DNA of 38,075 bases, taken from positions 1 to 38,075 of the forward strand of contig JAKAUF010000388.1 of assembly GCA_021827785.1 (NCBI GenBank). Reading direction: 5' to 3'. Positions 15,411 to 26,155 of this stretch are shown piece after piece. Both the position numbers and the translations under genes were made by a program. The notes below the pieces were generated by a model. It saw only the letters and a program-made list of their open reading frames with translations. It did not search any database and was not told where the DNA came from. Source of the stretch: Acidobacteriota bacterium. Its GTDB lineage: Bacteria > Acidobacteriota > Terriglobia > Terriglobales > SCQP01. Position 1 is the stretch's first letter, and every line of letters begins with the position of its first letter.

Positions 15411-16723
15411 GCCGGCGGCCGCGCCGTGGCTGCGGCGTCGCTTGCGGAGCTGAAGCTGGGCCCGAGCATCGCCTGCACCGTGGCGACCACCCGCTGGGTG
15501 GCGCCGGCTTTGGCCTGGAGCAGCGCGCGCGCCGCTTCACCGGTGCTGCTGCGCAACCGGTCGTCGGAGAGCAAGCGGAACAGAATGCGCTCCAGCTCGA
15601 CGCTGCTCTCGGCGCGGAAGGCGGCCTTGGCGGCCAGAAATTCCTCGGCGATGGCCGCGAAATTATGCATGGACGGGCCAAACACGACCGGAACGCCGAA
15701 GTAGGCCGGCTCCAGCAAGTTATGGCCGCCGTGGGGCGCCAAGCTGCCGCCGATGAAGGCGGCGTCGGCATAGCGGTACAGCGTGGCGAGTTCTCCCAGG
15801 CTGTCGAGCAGCCATACGCCGCCCGCATGGACCCCAGCCGATTCGAGTTGCGTGCGGCGGCTCCAGGGTAAGCCGCTGAGTTCGAGTTGGCGAGCGACGG
15901 CGTCGAAACGCTGCGGATGGCGCGGCGCCAGGACCAATATGCAAGTGGGAAACTGCTGCCGCAGGTGGCGGAACACGGCGAGCAGAATCTCTTCCTCCCC
16001 CGGCATGGTGCTGCCCGCGACAATGACATTGCGTACTTGGGCGGCCTGGAAGTGGCGAGCCAACTGCCGCAGAACGGGCCGATGCTCGGGTGGGGTCAGG
16101 TCAAACTTCAGATTCCCAGCGACCTCGACCGCCGCCTCCGGAGCGCCAAGATCGCGCACCCGCTCGCAGTCGGTGGCGCTCTGCATCAGCCAGCGGTCCA
16201 CCCCGGCCAGCACCGGGCGAAGCCAGCGCCGGACCCAGCGATAACGCGCGTAGCTGCGGCCCGAAATGCGGCCATTGACAAATACCACGCGGACACCGCT
16301 ATTGCGGGCTTGCTGTAGGAAACGGGGCCAGATCTCGGTTTCGGCGATCAGCACCAGGGCGGGACGAATGGCTTGCAGGGCGCGCCGGGTGCTGAAACGG
16401 AAATCCAAGGGAAAATAGAAGATCCGATCCGCCGCGATCCGGCCCTCCACTAACTGTCGCGCCGCCGCCGTCGTGACCGACAGCACGATCGGCCGGTCGG
16501 GCAGGGCTCGCCGCAACTCCGCGACCAGGCGCTCCACGGCCAGCGCTTCGCCCACGGAGACGGCATGCACCCAAATCGCCCCCTCCCGCTCCAGCGGCGG
16601 AACTTTCCCCAGGCGCTCGCGCCAGTGGCGCGTATAGCGGCCGTGGCGGCCGTTGCGCAGCCAAAGCGCGGGGCTCAGCGCCGCCAGCCCGAGGCCCAGT
16701 ACGAGGGAATAGAGCCACAGCAT
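15407..16723 (-). CDS. waaA: 3-deoxy-D-manno-octulosonic acid (Kdo) transferase
   Basis: N-terminal TM helix, WVHAVSVGEALA motif, FVNGRIS, and C-terminal GGSLAPHGGHNLLEPA. Confidence 0.92.
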   Translation of the reverse strand: MLWLYSLVLGLGLAALSPALWLRNGRHGRYTRHWRERLGKVPPLEREGAIWVHAVSVGEALAVERLVAELRRALPDRPIVLSVTTAAARQLVEGRIAADRIFYFPLDFRFSTRRALQAIRPALVLIAETEIWPRFLQQARNSGVRVVFVNGRISGRSYARYRWVRRWLRPVLAGVDRWLMQSATDCERVRDLGAPEAAVEVAGNLKFDLTPPEHRPVLRQLARHFQAAQVRNVIVAGSTMPGEEEILLAVFRHLRQQFPTCILVLAPRHPQRFDAVARQLELSGLPWSRRTQLESAGVHAGGVWLLDSLGELATLYRYADAAFIGGSLAPHGGHNLLEPAYFGVPVVFGPSMHNFAAIAEEFLAAKAAFRAESSVELERILFRLLSDDRLRSSTGEAARALLQAKAGATQRVVATVQAMLGPSFSSASDAAATARPPA

Positions 16724-16812
16724 TCGCGATGCCTTGAGTATAGCGGTCGGGCGCCAGGCGCCGTGGCGCGGTGTTCCTGGCCGTGCGGCCGGGCCGGTAC
16801 ACTAGAAAATGG

Positions 16813-19068
16813 ATGGAATCCCTGCTCGCGGATCTGAATGATCGCCAAAAAGAAGCGGTGACCTGCACCGACGGGCCATTGTTGATTTTGGCCGGCGCCG
16901 GCAGCGGCAAAACGCGGGTCATCACCCGCCGGATCGCCTATTTGGCGCGCGAGCGGCGGGTGCCGCCGCCGGCCATTCTGGCCATGACCTTTACCAATAA
17001 GGCGGCCGCGGAGATGCAGCAGCGCGTGGCGGCGCTGTTGGGAGGCGGCGGCGCTGCGCGGCCGGTGATCTCCACCTTCCATTCGTTCTGCGTGCGCGTG
17101 CTGCGCGCCGACTACGACGCCATCGGCGGCCCGAGAAACTTCACCATCTACGCCGATGATGAGCAAATGGCGCTGGTCAAGTCGCTGCTGAAGCAGCTGG
17201 GCCTGGATGATAAGCGGTTCACGCCCCGGTCGGTGCTGGCCAGGATTTCGCACGCCAAGAGCCGGGGCTGGGATGCGCGGGAAATGTTGGCCCAGTCCAG
17301 CGACCCCAAAACCGAGCGCATCGCGGCGGTGTATGACCGCTATCAACACGCGCTGCGCCAGGCGCAAGCGCTGGATTTTGACGACCTGCTGCTGGAGACC
17401 GAGCGGCTGCTGCGGCAAAGCGGGGAGGTCGCGGACCGCCTGAATGAGCGCTTCCAGTACGTGCATGTGGACGAGTATCAGGACACCAACCGGCCGCAAT
17501 ATCAGCTGCTGCGGCTGCTGACCCGACGGGGCAATGTCTGCGTCGTGGGGGATGAGGATCAGAGCATCTATTCCTGGCGTGGGGCGGATCTGCGCAACAT
17601 CCTGGATTTCGAGCGGGATTTTCCCCGCGCCAAGGTGGTGCGGCTGGAACAGAATTACCGCTCCACGCGCAACATTTTGGACGCGGCCTCGGCGGTGGTG
17701 GCCAACAACTTGGAGCGCAAGGGCAAGACCCTGTGGACCGAGAGCGGCGCGGGCGTGAAGGTGGGCCACTACGCGGCGCCGGATGGTGAAAGCGAGGCGC
17801 TATGGGTCGCCGAGGAGATCCGCCGGTATCTCGCGGGAGCGGCGGACGGGCATGCGGCGATTTTGTACCGCACCAACGCGCAGTCGCGGCCTTTCGAAGA
17901 AGCGCTGCGGCGCAATAACATTCCCTATCGCTTGGTCGGCGGCTTCAGCTTTTATGAGCGGGCGGAGATCAAGGATCTGCTGGCGTATTTGAAGGCGGCG
18001 CTGCATCCCGAGGATGCGATTGCGCTGCAACGGATTCTCAACAACCCGCCGCGCGGCATTGGGCGGGCCACCGTGGACCTGCTGGAGCAGGCGGGGATGG
18101 CCCGCGGCGGCGGCTTATGGGCCGGCATTACCGCCCTCGGGGACTCGCCGGGCGGGCTGACCCCTCGGGCCGCGGCGGCGGTGGCCGAGTTTCGGCGGCT
18201 GATCCAGGATTTGGCCGAGCAGGCCGCGCGCGGAGCCACGGCGCGGGATTTGCTGGCGGCGATTCTGGACCGCACCGGCTACGCGCGCCACTACGCGCAG
18301 GAGGACACGCCGGAGGCGCAGGCGCGGGTGGAGAACATTGACGAGTTGATGAACGCCGCCGCCGACGCCGCCGAACGGGGGGAGACGGTGCTGGAGTTTC
18401 TGGACCACGCGGCGCTGGTCAGCGATCAGGACGACTTCGACGCCTCCGCGCAGGTGACGCTGATGAGCCTGCACGCGGCCAAGGGCCTGGAATTCCCCCT
18501 GGTGTTTTTGGTCGGCTTGGAGGACGGCTTGTTTCCGCATAGCCGGGCCGCCAACGCGCCACGGGACTTGGAGGAGGAGCGGCGGTTGTGCTACGTAGGA
18601 ATGACGCGGGCGCGGGAGCGCCTCGCCCTGACGCGAGCCTGTTTCCGCCGGCGCTATGGAGCCGGCGTGTTGGAAGCGACCGTGGCCTCGCGGTTTTTGC
18701 GGGAGGTTCCGGGGGCGCTGCTGGAGGATCTATCGCCGCGCGCGGCCCTGGCTGGGCGCGGCGGCGAAACCGAACCCGCGGCGGGGCGCGTCTACGTTTC
18801 CGAGGGGTATGATCAGACCATCCCTGCCCCAGCGCTCGCGCCGCATCGCCTGCCGCCCGGAGTCGGCTCGCGCACGACGTCGGCGGCCGGGGTCGCTCCT
18901 GGCGGCGGCCTGCGGCTGGGGGCGCGGGTGCGCCATGCGCGTTTTGGCGCGGGCACGGTGCTGCGGATCGAGGGCGAAGGAACGGAGCGCAAGCTGACGG
19001 TGTCGTTTCCCGGCTACGGCCTGAAAAAGATGGTGGAAAAGTTTGCCGGTCTGCAACCGCTGCGTTAA
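16813..19068 (+). CDS. pcrA: ATP-dependent DNA helicase, UvrD/PcrA family
   Basis: ORF 16771..19068, with a likely ATG at 16813 (MESLLADLNDRQKEAV). Motifs: AGAGSGKTRV (Walker A), VDEYQDTN, VGDEDQSIYSWRGA, QNYRST, TFHAAKGLEF-like LHAAKGLEFP and YVGMTRAR. The C-terminal Tudor-like tail is ARVRHARFGAGTVLRIEGEG. Confidence 0.92.
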   Translation: MESLLADLNDRQKEAVTCTDGPLLILAGAGSGKTRVITRRIAYLARERRVPPPAILAMTFTNKAAAEMQQRVAALLGGGGAARPVISTFHSFCVRVLRADYDAIGGPRNFTIYADDEQMALVKSLLKQLGLDDKRFTPRSVLARISHAKSRGWDAREMLAQSSDPKTERIAAVYDRYQHALRQAQALDFDDLLLETERLLRQSGEVADRLNERFQYVHVDEYQDTNRPQYQLLRLLTRRGNVCVVGDEDQSIYSWRGADLRNILDFERDFPRAKVVRLEQNYRSTRNILDAASAVVANNLERKGKTLWTESGAGVKVGHYAAPDGESEALWVAEEIRRYLAGAADGHAAILYRTNAQSRPFEEALRRNNIPYRLVGGFSFYERAEIKDLLAYLKAALHPEDAIALQRILNNPPRGIGRATVDLLEQAGMARGGGLWAGITALGDSPGGLTPRAAAAVAEFRRLIQDLAEQAARGATARDLLAAILDRTGYARHYAQEDTPEAQARVENIDELMNAAADAAERGETVLEFLDHAALVSDQDDFDASAQVTLMSLHAAKGLEFPLVFLVGLEDGLFPHSRAANAPRDLEEERRLCYVGMTRARERLALTRACFRRRYGAGVLEATVASRFLREVPGALLEDLSPRAALAGRGGETEPAAGRVYVSEGYDQTIPAPALAPHRLPPGVGSRTTSAAGVAPGGGLRLGARVRHARFGAGTVLRIEGEGTERKLTVSFPGYGLKKMVEKFAGLQPLR

Positions 19069-19102
19069 GGCGGACGCGGGCATCAGCGAAGGAGAAAGCG
19101 CA

Positions 19103-19921
19103 ATGCGCCGATTGCGGATACTGGGTGTAATCGCGTCATTGGCCGTGGCCTCCGCGGCTCAGGCGCTGGGCGGGGTGGCGTCGCACCCGGCGCCGGCCCC
19201 CGCGGCTCCCGCGCCGCCGCAGTTTCAAAGCCCGTCGAACCTCAAGGCGCGGCAAGTGGTACAGCAGGCGATCGCCGCACTGGGCGGACCGGCTTATCTG
19301 CACTTCCGCGGGAGGCGCGGGCAAGGTCATCTGTTCACATTCAACCTGCGCGGCCAGTTGGCCAATCCGGGCACCGTGTTTTGGAGCTACTATCGCTATC
19401 CCGATGCGGAACGGATCGAGCTCACCAAGCACCGCAACGTGATCTATATCTACAACGGCCGCCACGGCTGGAACGTGAATTTCCGCGGCGTGACGCCGCT
19501 GGGGCCCTCGGTGATGCGGCGCTTTCGCCAGGCGCAGGCGCATTCCTTGGATGCGATTCTGCGGAAATGGGCGGAGAACCCACGGACCCTGATGCTGTAT
19601 CACGGCGCCAATTTGGCCACGGCGCGCCCGGTGGAGAAGGTTTCCTTCTACGCCGCCGGCGGGCTGTCAGCGACGGTGTCATTTAGCGTGCAAACGCATT
19701 TGCCCTTGGAAGTAAGCTGGCGCACGCACAATCCCTATACCGGCGGGTTTAGCCGCAAATCCGTCACCTTCGGGAACTATCAGCCGTTTGACGGGATCGA
19801 AACGCCGCTGGTGGTGGAGAGCTACGAAGGCGCCATCCCGCGCCAGGAGGAGTACTTCACCTCCATTCATTACGGGCCCCTGCCCGCCAAGCTGTTCGAG
19901 CCCCCGGCCCGGCGCCGGTGA
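19103..19921 (+). CDS. Secreted hypothetical protein
   Basis: ORF 19043..19921. The ATG at 19103 is preceded by GGAGA (19091-19095) and gives the signal peptide MRRLRILGVIASLAVASAAQA. The remainder is beta-rich with no motif I can name. Confidence 0.7.
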   Translation: MRRLRILGVIASLAVASAAQALGGVASHPAPAPAAPAPPQFQSPSNLKARQVVQQAIAALGGPAYLHFRGRRGQGHLFTFNLRGQLANPGTVFWSYYRYPDAERIELTKHRNVIYIYNGRHGWNVNFRGVTPLGPSVMRRFRQAQAHSLDAILRKWAENPRTLMLYHGANLATARPVEKVSFYAAGGLSATVSFSVQTHLPLEVSWRTHNPYTGGFSRKSVTFGNYQPFDGIETPLVVESYEGAIPRQEEYFTSIHYGPLPAKLFEPPARRR

Positions 19922-19922
19922 C

Positions 19923-20999
19923 CTAATCCGCGGCGCGCTCCGTCCGGGCGGAACGGTCGGCGACGATGGTGATCTGCATGTCGCGCGCCAGCCGGACGAT
20001 GCGGGTGATCAGCGACAAGGCGAAACGGCGTTGCGGCGGGCGCGAAACGAAGATCTGCGTGATGCCATGCAACTGGGCGAAGTCCACCAGCGTGCGCGCG
20101 ACTTCGGTGCCGCGCAGCGTGCGGGTGTCAATGTGCAGGTTGCGCGCGAAATTGAGGTGGCGCTCCACCGCCGCGCCGTCGCCCTCCGCCTCCTGGCCGG
20201 GAGCGGCGACATGCACGGCATAGCAGGTCGCGTGGAGATAATCCGCGACGCGGCGCCCGCGGCGGATGAGCATGGCGGTGGAGGGGTCGGCGGTGACATG
20301 AATGAGGATGCGCTCCCCGCTGGCGGGAGCCGGGGTGGGAGCCTCGCGGCTTTCCACCTCGTGGGCGGCCTGGCGCAGAGCCAACTCGCGCAGCGCGACC
20401 AGGGTGGATTCACGGAAGAAGTTTTCCGCCGCCCGGCGCGCCTTTTCCGGCGCGTAGATGACGCCGCGTTCCAGCCGGTTGAGCAGCGCGCGCGGCGTCA
20501 GATCCACCATCACCACTTCGTCGGCGCGCTGCACCACCCAGTCCGGGACCGTCTCCCGCACGCGGATGTTGCTGATGCTCTGCACCTGATCATTCAGGCT
20601 TTCCAGGTGCTGAATATTCATGTTGGTCAGAACGTCAATGCCGGCGGCCAGCAGATCCAGCACATCCTCCCAGCGCTTCTCATGCCGCGAGCCGGGGACG
20701 TTGGTATGGGCGAATTCATCCACCACGCACACGCCGGGGCGGCGGCGGAGAATCGCCTCCAGATCCATTTCCTCGAACCACGCGCCGCGGTATTCAACGC
20801 GGCGGCGGGGCACGGTTTCCAGCCCGGCGGCCAGCGCCATGGTGTCGGCGCGGCCATGTGGCTCAAAATAGCCGATCACCACGTCCGCGCCCTCGCGGCG
20901 CATCTGCTGCGCCTCGGCGAGCATGCGGTAGGTCTTGCCCACGCCGGCGGCGTAGCCGAGGAACAATTTGAGGTGGCCGGAGGGCGTGATGTCAGCCAT
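19923..20999 (-). CDS. KdpD N-terminal sensor domain + USP domain protein, no kinase module (paralog 1)
   Basis: ORF 19923..21044. The likely ATG at 20999 overlaps the upstream stop (ATGGCTGA). LKLFLGYAAGVGKTYRMLAEAQQMRREGADVVIGYFEPHGR matches the KdpD_N P-loop region. The USP-like C-terminal half is ERILIHVTADPSTAMLIRRGRRVADYL... Confidence 0.88.
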   Translation of the reverse strand: MADITPSGHLKLFLGYAAGVGKTYRMLAEAQQMRREGADVVIGYFEPHGRADTMALAAGLETVPRRRVEYRGAWFEEMDLEAILRRRPGVCVVDEFAHTNVPGSRHEKRWEDVLDLLAAGIDVLTNMNIQHLESLNDQVQSISNIRVRETVPDWVVQRADEVVMVDLTPRALLNRLERGVIYAPEKARRAAENFFRESTLVALRELALRQAAHEVESREAPTPAPASGERILIHVTADPSTAMLIRRGRRVADYLHATCYAVHVAAPGQEAEGDGAAVERHLNFARNLHIDTRTLRGTEVARTLVDFAQLHGITQIFVSRPPQRRFALSLITRIVRLARDMQITIVADRSARTERAAD

Positions 21000-22122
21000 G
21001 GCGGGGCTCGGGCCGCGCCGCGGGCGGCGCCTCACTGTCCGCATCGCGGTGGGGGAAGATGCGGATATCCATGCCTTCGGCGCGGTGGATCAGGCGCTCG
21101 ACGCGGCCGCCAAATAACCGCTGCGACCAGGTTTCCCGAGCGGTATGGCCGAGAAAAATCTGCGTGACGCCGCGTCCTCGCGCGAAGTGTAGAATACTGT
21201 CCACGAAATTGTCGCCGCTGAGGAGGTGAATCTCCGCATTGGCGGCGCGGGCCACATCCAGGTTGCGGCGCAAGCCTGCCGGCTCGTCCTCCGAGGTCCG
21301 CACGTGGGCCACCAGCAGCTCGCCGTGAAATCGGTCGGCGTTGCGCCGCCCGCTGGCGATCATCTGGCTGGCGTCACCCCCGCCGCTGACGCACACCAGG
21401 ATGCGCTCCTGCGCGCCCCAGGTGGACTCCAGCCCGTGGCGGCGAAGATAGGCCTCCAGCTGTTGGTCCACGACGTCGGCGGCCAAGAGCAGGGCCAGTT
21501 CGCGCAGCTCGGAGAGGCGTTGGCGCAGTTGGCGCCCCTCCTCGGGATCGGACGCCACGCCGGCTTCGGGCGGGGCGTCCACCACCTCGATCTCATCAGC
21601 GGCGCGCAGAAATGCCTCCGGCACGGTGTCGTGCGGGTCGCAGGCGCGGCCGCTGATGCGCTCCACCTCGGGGCGGCGTTCGGCGATGAACTGGAGGTTC
21701 ACGGTGGCAACCGTCGAGATGCCGGCGGCTAAGAGGGCTTCCACGTCTTGCCAGCGGTGGAGCCGCTCGCAGCCGGGCGGGTTGCCATAGGCCAAGCCGT
21801 CCACCAGGCAGACCTCCGGACGGCGCCGGAGAATGGCGGGCACGTCCATGACGGACTGGCCGTCGCACCGCCGCATGGGCACCACCTCCAGCCGGGCCAG
21901 CAGACTCTGCACTTCCGGCGAATTCCGTTCTTGGATCGCGCCGACGACCACGTCCTGGCCGCGCTGCGCCCGGCGCCGGCCTTCATCCAGCATACGGAAG
22001 GACTTTCCGACACCGGAGGTGTAGCCAAGAAAAACCTTCAGGCGTCCCCGGCGAGCATACTCTTCTTCGGCCTGCGCTTGCCGCAGCAGACGGTCGGGGT
22101 CAGGTCGGACGTGCGGCGGCAT
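20992..22122 (-). CDS. KdpD N-terminal sensor domain + USP domain protein, no kinase module (paralog 2)
   Basis: ORF 20992..22173. The likely ATG at 22122 lies 4 nt after the porin stop. LKVFLGYTSGVGKSFRMLDEGRRRAQRGQDVVVGAIQERNS is the P-loop region. USP-like ERILVCVSGGGDASQMIASGRRNADRF... Confidence 0.88.
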   Translation of the reverse strand: MPPHVRPDPDRLLRQAQAEEEYARRGRLKVFLGYTSGVGKSFRMLDEGRRRAQRGQDVVVGAIQERNSPEVQSLLARLEVVPMRRCDGQSVMDVPAILRRRPEVCLVDGLAYGNPPGCERLHRWQDVEALLAAGISTVATVNLQFIAERRPEVERISGRACDPHDTVPEAFLRAADEIEVVDAPPEAGVASDPEEGRQLRQRLSELRELALLLAADVVDQQLEAYLRRHGLESTWGAQERILVCVSGGGDASQMIASGRRNADRFHGELLVAHVRTSEDEPAGLRRNLDVARAANAEIHLLSGDNFVDSILHFARGRGVTQIFLGHTARETWSQRLFGGRVERLIHRAEGMDIRIFPHRDADSEAPPAARPEPRHG

Positions 22123-22126
22123 GTGG

Positions 22127-23248
22127 CTAGAATGCCACGCCGGCTTCCACGGCGGCGCAGAACTGGCCGCCATCCCGCCCTTGAGCGCCGAATCCGAGTC
22201 CGGAAGTGAACTGCGCCAAGTCCACCCAAGAGACGTCGGCGCGGGCGAACAGGCCGCCGTCTTGCCAGGTGGGGGTGACCGTGAACGTCAACACGCGGGC
22301 GGCGGGACCGAACCCCAAGATGTTCTGGTGCGCGCTGAGGTCGCCGGCGCCCCCGCCCATGGCGAACTCGCCCCGCGCCGCCAGCGACCACCGCCGCGAC
22401 CAGTGGTAGTCGGCCAGCACCGCGGCCCCCACCGCGCTCGCCGTCCGCTGATAACCCAGGGAGCGCGAAGCCGGGGAGCTGAACGCCAGCAGGTAGGGCT
22501 CCCAGGTCCAGCGCTTGCCGGTATGCGTGTACATCAAATCCAACAGGCGGGCATTGGCGTCCTGAAACGTGGCGTTGGGCGGCGTGGCGCGGTTGGGCCA
22601 CAGTCCCACCAGGGAGATCGAGTCTTGGCCCGTCAACTGATAACTGCCCATCGCCGACACGGCGCCGTAATCGCCGGAAAAAAAGCCGTCGCCGTATTGC
22701 AGCGCCGCGGACCAGCGGCCGCGATGATAGTTGAACTGTGCCCCGCGGCTGACGGCGTTTTCCATGTCATTCCAAATGACGCCGCGCTCGATGTTGAGGT
22801 TGAGGAAGGTGAAGGTGTCTTCCTGGCCAATCATGGTGGGCAAAATGCCGGCGCGCAACGACCAATCCCGCCCCCCCTTCCACTCGGCGTAAGCCTGCGG
22901 CGCCGGCCCGAACAAGCCGGTGTAGGCCAGCGTGCTGCGGCGCGGCGCGCCGAGGGCCGGCAAGGAGTAGGCGCCGGCCTGAAGATAAAAGCGCCAGGTT
23001 CCCGTCGGACGTTGCAGAATGACGAAGGCGTTGGTCAGGTTCAACCCGCCGCCCGCCCCCGCCAGCTGCGGCGCCGCAGTCAGCGCCGCGCCGCTCACCA
23101 CCCCGCTGACCTGCACCCCGCCCAGCGGCCCTGCCGCTACGGCGAGCGGCGTTGGCGTTGGCAGTTGCGCCGCCGCCGTCACCGATGACGCGGCCAGCGT
23201 CAGCACGCAGGCTAGCTGCGTTAGCGATGGAAGGAAATTCTTCCGCAT
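22127..23248 (-). CDS. Outer-membrane beta-barrel porin-like protein embedded in the kdp cluster
   Basis: ORF 22127..23353. The ATG at 23248 gives the signal peptide MRKNFLPSLTQLACVLTLAASSVTAAAQ. The body is rich in Gly and aromatic residues with alternating hydrophobicity. The C-terminus AAVEAGVAF ends in Phe, an OMP signature. Confidence 0.75.
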   Translation of the reverse strand: MRKNFLPSLTQLACVLTLAASSVTAAAQLPTPTPLAVAAGPLGGVQVSGVVSGAALTAAPQLAGAGGGLNLTNAFVILQRPTGTWRFYLQAGAYSLPALGAPRRSTLAYTGLFGPAPQAYAEWKGGRDWSLRAGILPTMIGQEDTFTFLNLNIERGVIWNDMENAVSRGAQFNYHRGRWSAALQYGDGFFSGDYGAVSAMGSYQLTGQDSISLVGLWPNRATPPNATFQDANARLLDLMYTHTGKRWTWEPYLLAFSSPASRSLGYQRTASAVGAAVLADYHWSRRWSLAARGEFAMGGGAGDLSAHQNILGFGPAARVLTFTVTPTWQDGGLFARADVSWVDLAQFTSGLGFGAQGRDGGQFCAAVEAGVAF

Positions 23249-23364
23249 GATGGGCATCCGTAAGTGCGCCATCCGATGCGGCGCAGCAGCCGCTGTGGCC
23301 AGGTCCGCGCCGCCAGGCGCGTCAGCGGGGCGCCGCAGCGGCGGCAAGGCCAACCCCTCGTCAC
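23221..23364 (-). CDS. Candidate 47-aa zinc-ribbon (CxxC-x26-CxxC) micro-protein between kdpC and the porin
   Basis: Part of track ORF 23221..23418. The GTG at 23364 is preceded by GGAG with a 6-nt spacer. Product: (M)TRGWPCRRCGAPLTRLAARTWPQRLLRRIGWRTYGCPSCGRISFHR. It lies in the kdpC-porin spacer and overlaps the porin start by 28 nt in another frame. The Arg-rich composition is also what a spurious GC-rich frame produces. Confidence 0.35.
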   Translation of the reverse strand: MTRGWPCRRCGAPLTRLAARTWPQRLLRRIGWRTYGCPSCGRISFHR

Positions 23365-23424
23365 CGCCGACTCCGGTGCATTTGTACCGTGCGCCGGGGT
23401 GGTTGGCCGGGGCGTCACGGCACT

Positions 23425-24033
23425 CTACATGGCGGGCCGAGACCGTGGCGCCGTGGCTGGTCCGGCGGGCGCCAAACGCGCCAGCGCCAGGTTCAGCCGC
23501 AACACGTCTACCCGTGGCTCACCCAGAAATCCCAACTGCCGAGGCTGCGTTGTTTGTCCGATGAGATGGCGGACCAAAATCAGGGAGAGCCCACGTGCCT
23601 TGGCCACCCGCGGCGCCTGCGCATACGCCGACGCTGGGCTGATGTCGGGATCCAACCCGCTGCCGGAGGCGGTGAGCAGGTCGGAGGGAATCGGTCCCCG
23701 AAATGCTGGATTGTCGCGGCGGAAGCGTGCGACCGCTGCCTTCACCCGTGCGAGCAACATGGGGTTGGTGGGGCCCAGATTCGATCCACCGGAGGCCATC
23801 GGGTCGTAACCCTTGCCCGCCGCCGAGGGCCGGGGATGGAAAAATGCGGCGCCCGTGAATGTTTGGCCCAACAGCGCCGAGCCCACGATCCGCCCCTTGG
23901 CGCGCACCAGGCTGCCATCGGCTTGGTGTGGAAACCACCATTGGCAAAGACCGGTGACCGCCAAGGGATAGATGATGCCGGTCAGCACCGTGAACAGCAG
24001 TACGAAGCGGAATGCCGGAGATAGATAACGCAT
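23425..24033 (-). CDS. kdpC: K+-transporting ATPase subunit C
   Basis: ORF 23425..24078, with the ATG at 24033. MRYLSPAFRFVLLFTVLTGIIYPLAVTGL...GSALLGQTF...FHPRPSA...SGGSNLGPTN...SGSGLDPDISPASA are typical KdpC blocks. Confidence 0.93.
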   Translation of the reverse strand: MRYLSPAFRFVLLFTVLTGIIYPLAVTGLCQWWFPHQADGSLVRAKGRIVGSALLGQTFTGAAFFHPRPSAAGKGYDPMASGGSNLGPTNPMLLARVKAAVARFRRDNPAFRGPIPSDLLTASGSGLDPDISPASAYAQAPRVAKARGLSLILVRHLIGQTTQPRQLGFLGEPRVDVLRLNLALARLAPAGPATAPRSRPAM

Positions 24034-24043
24034 GCGTCCTCGC

Positions 24044-26151
<2,108 letters not shown>

Positions 26152-26155
<4 letters not shown>

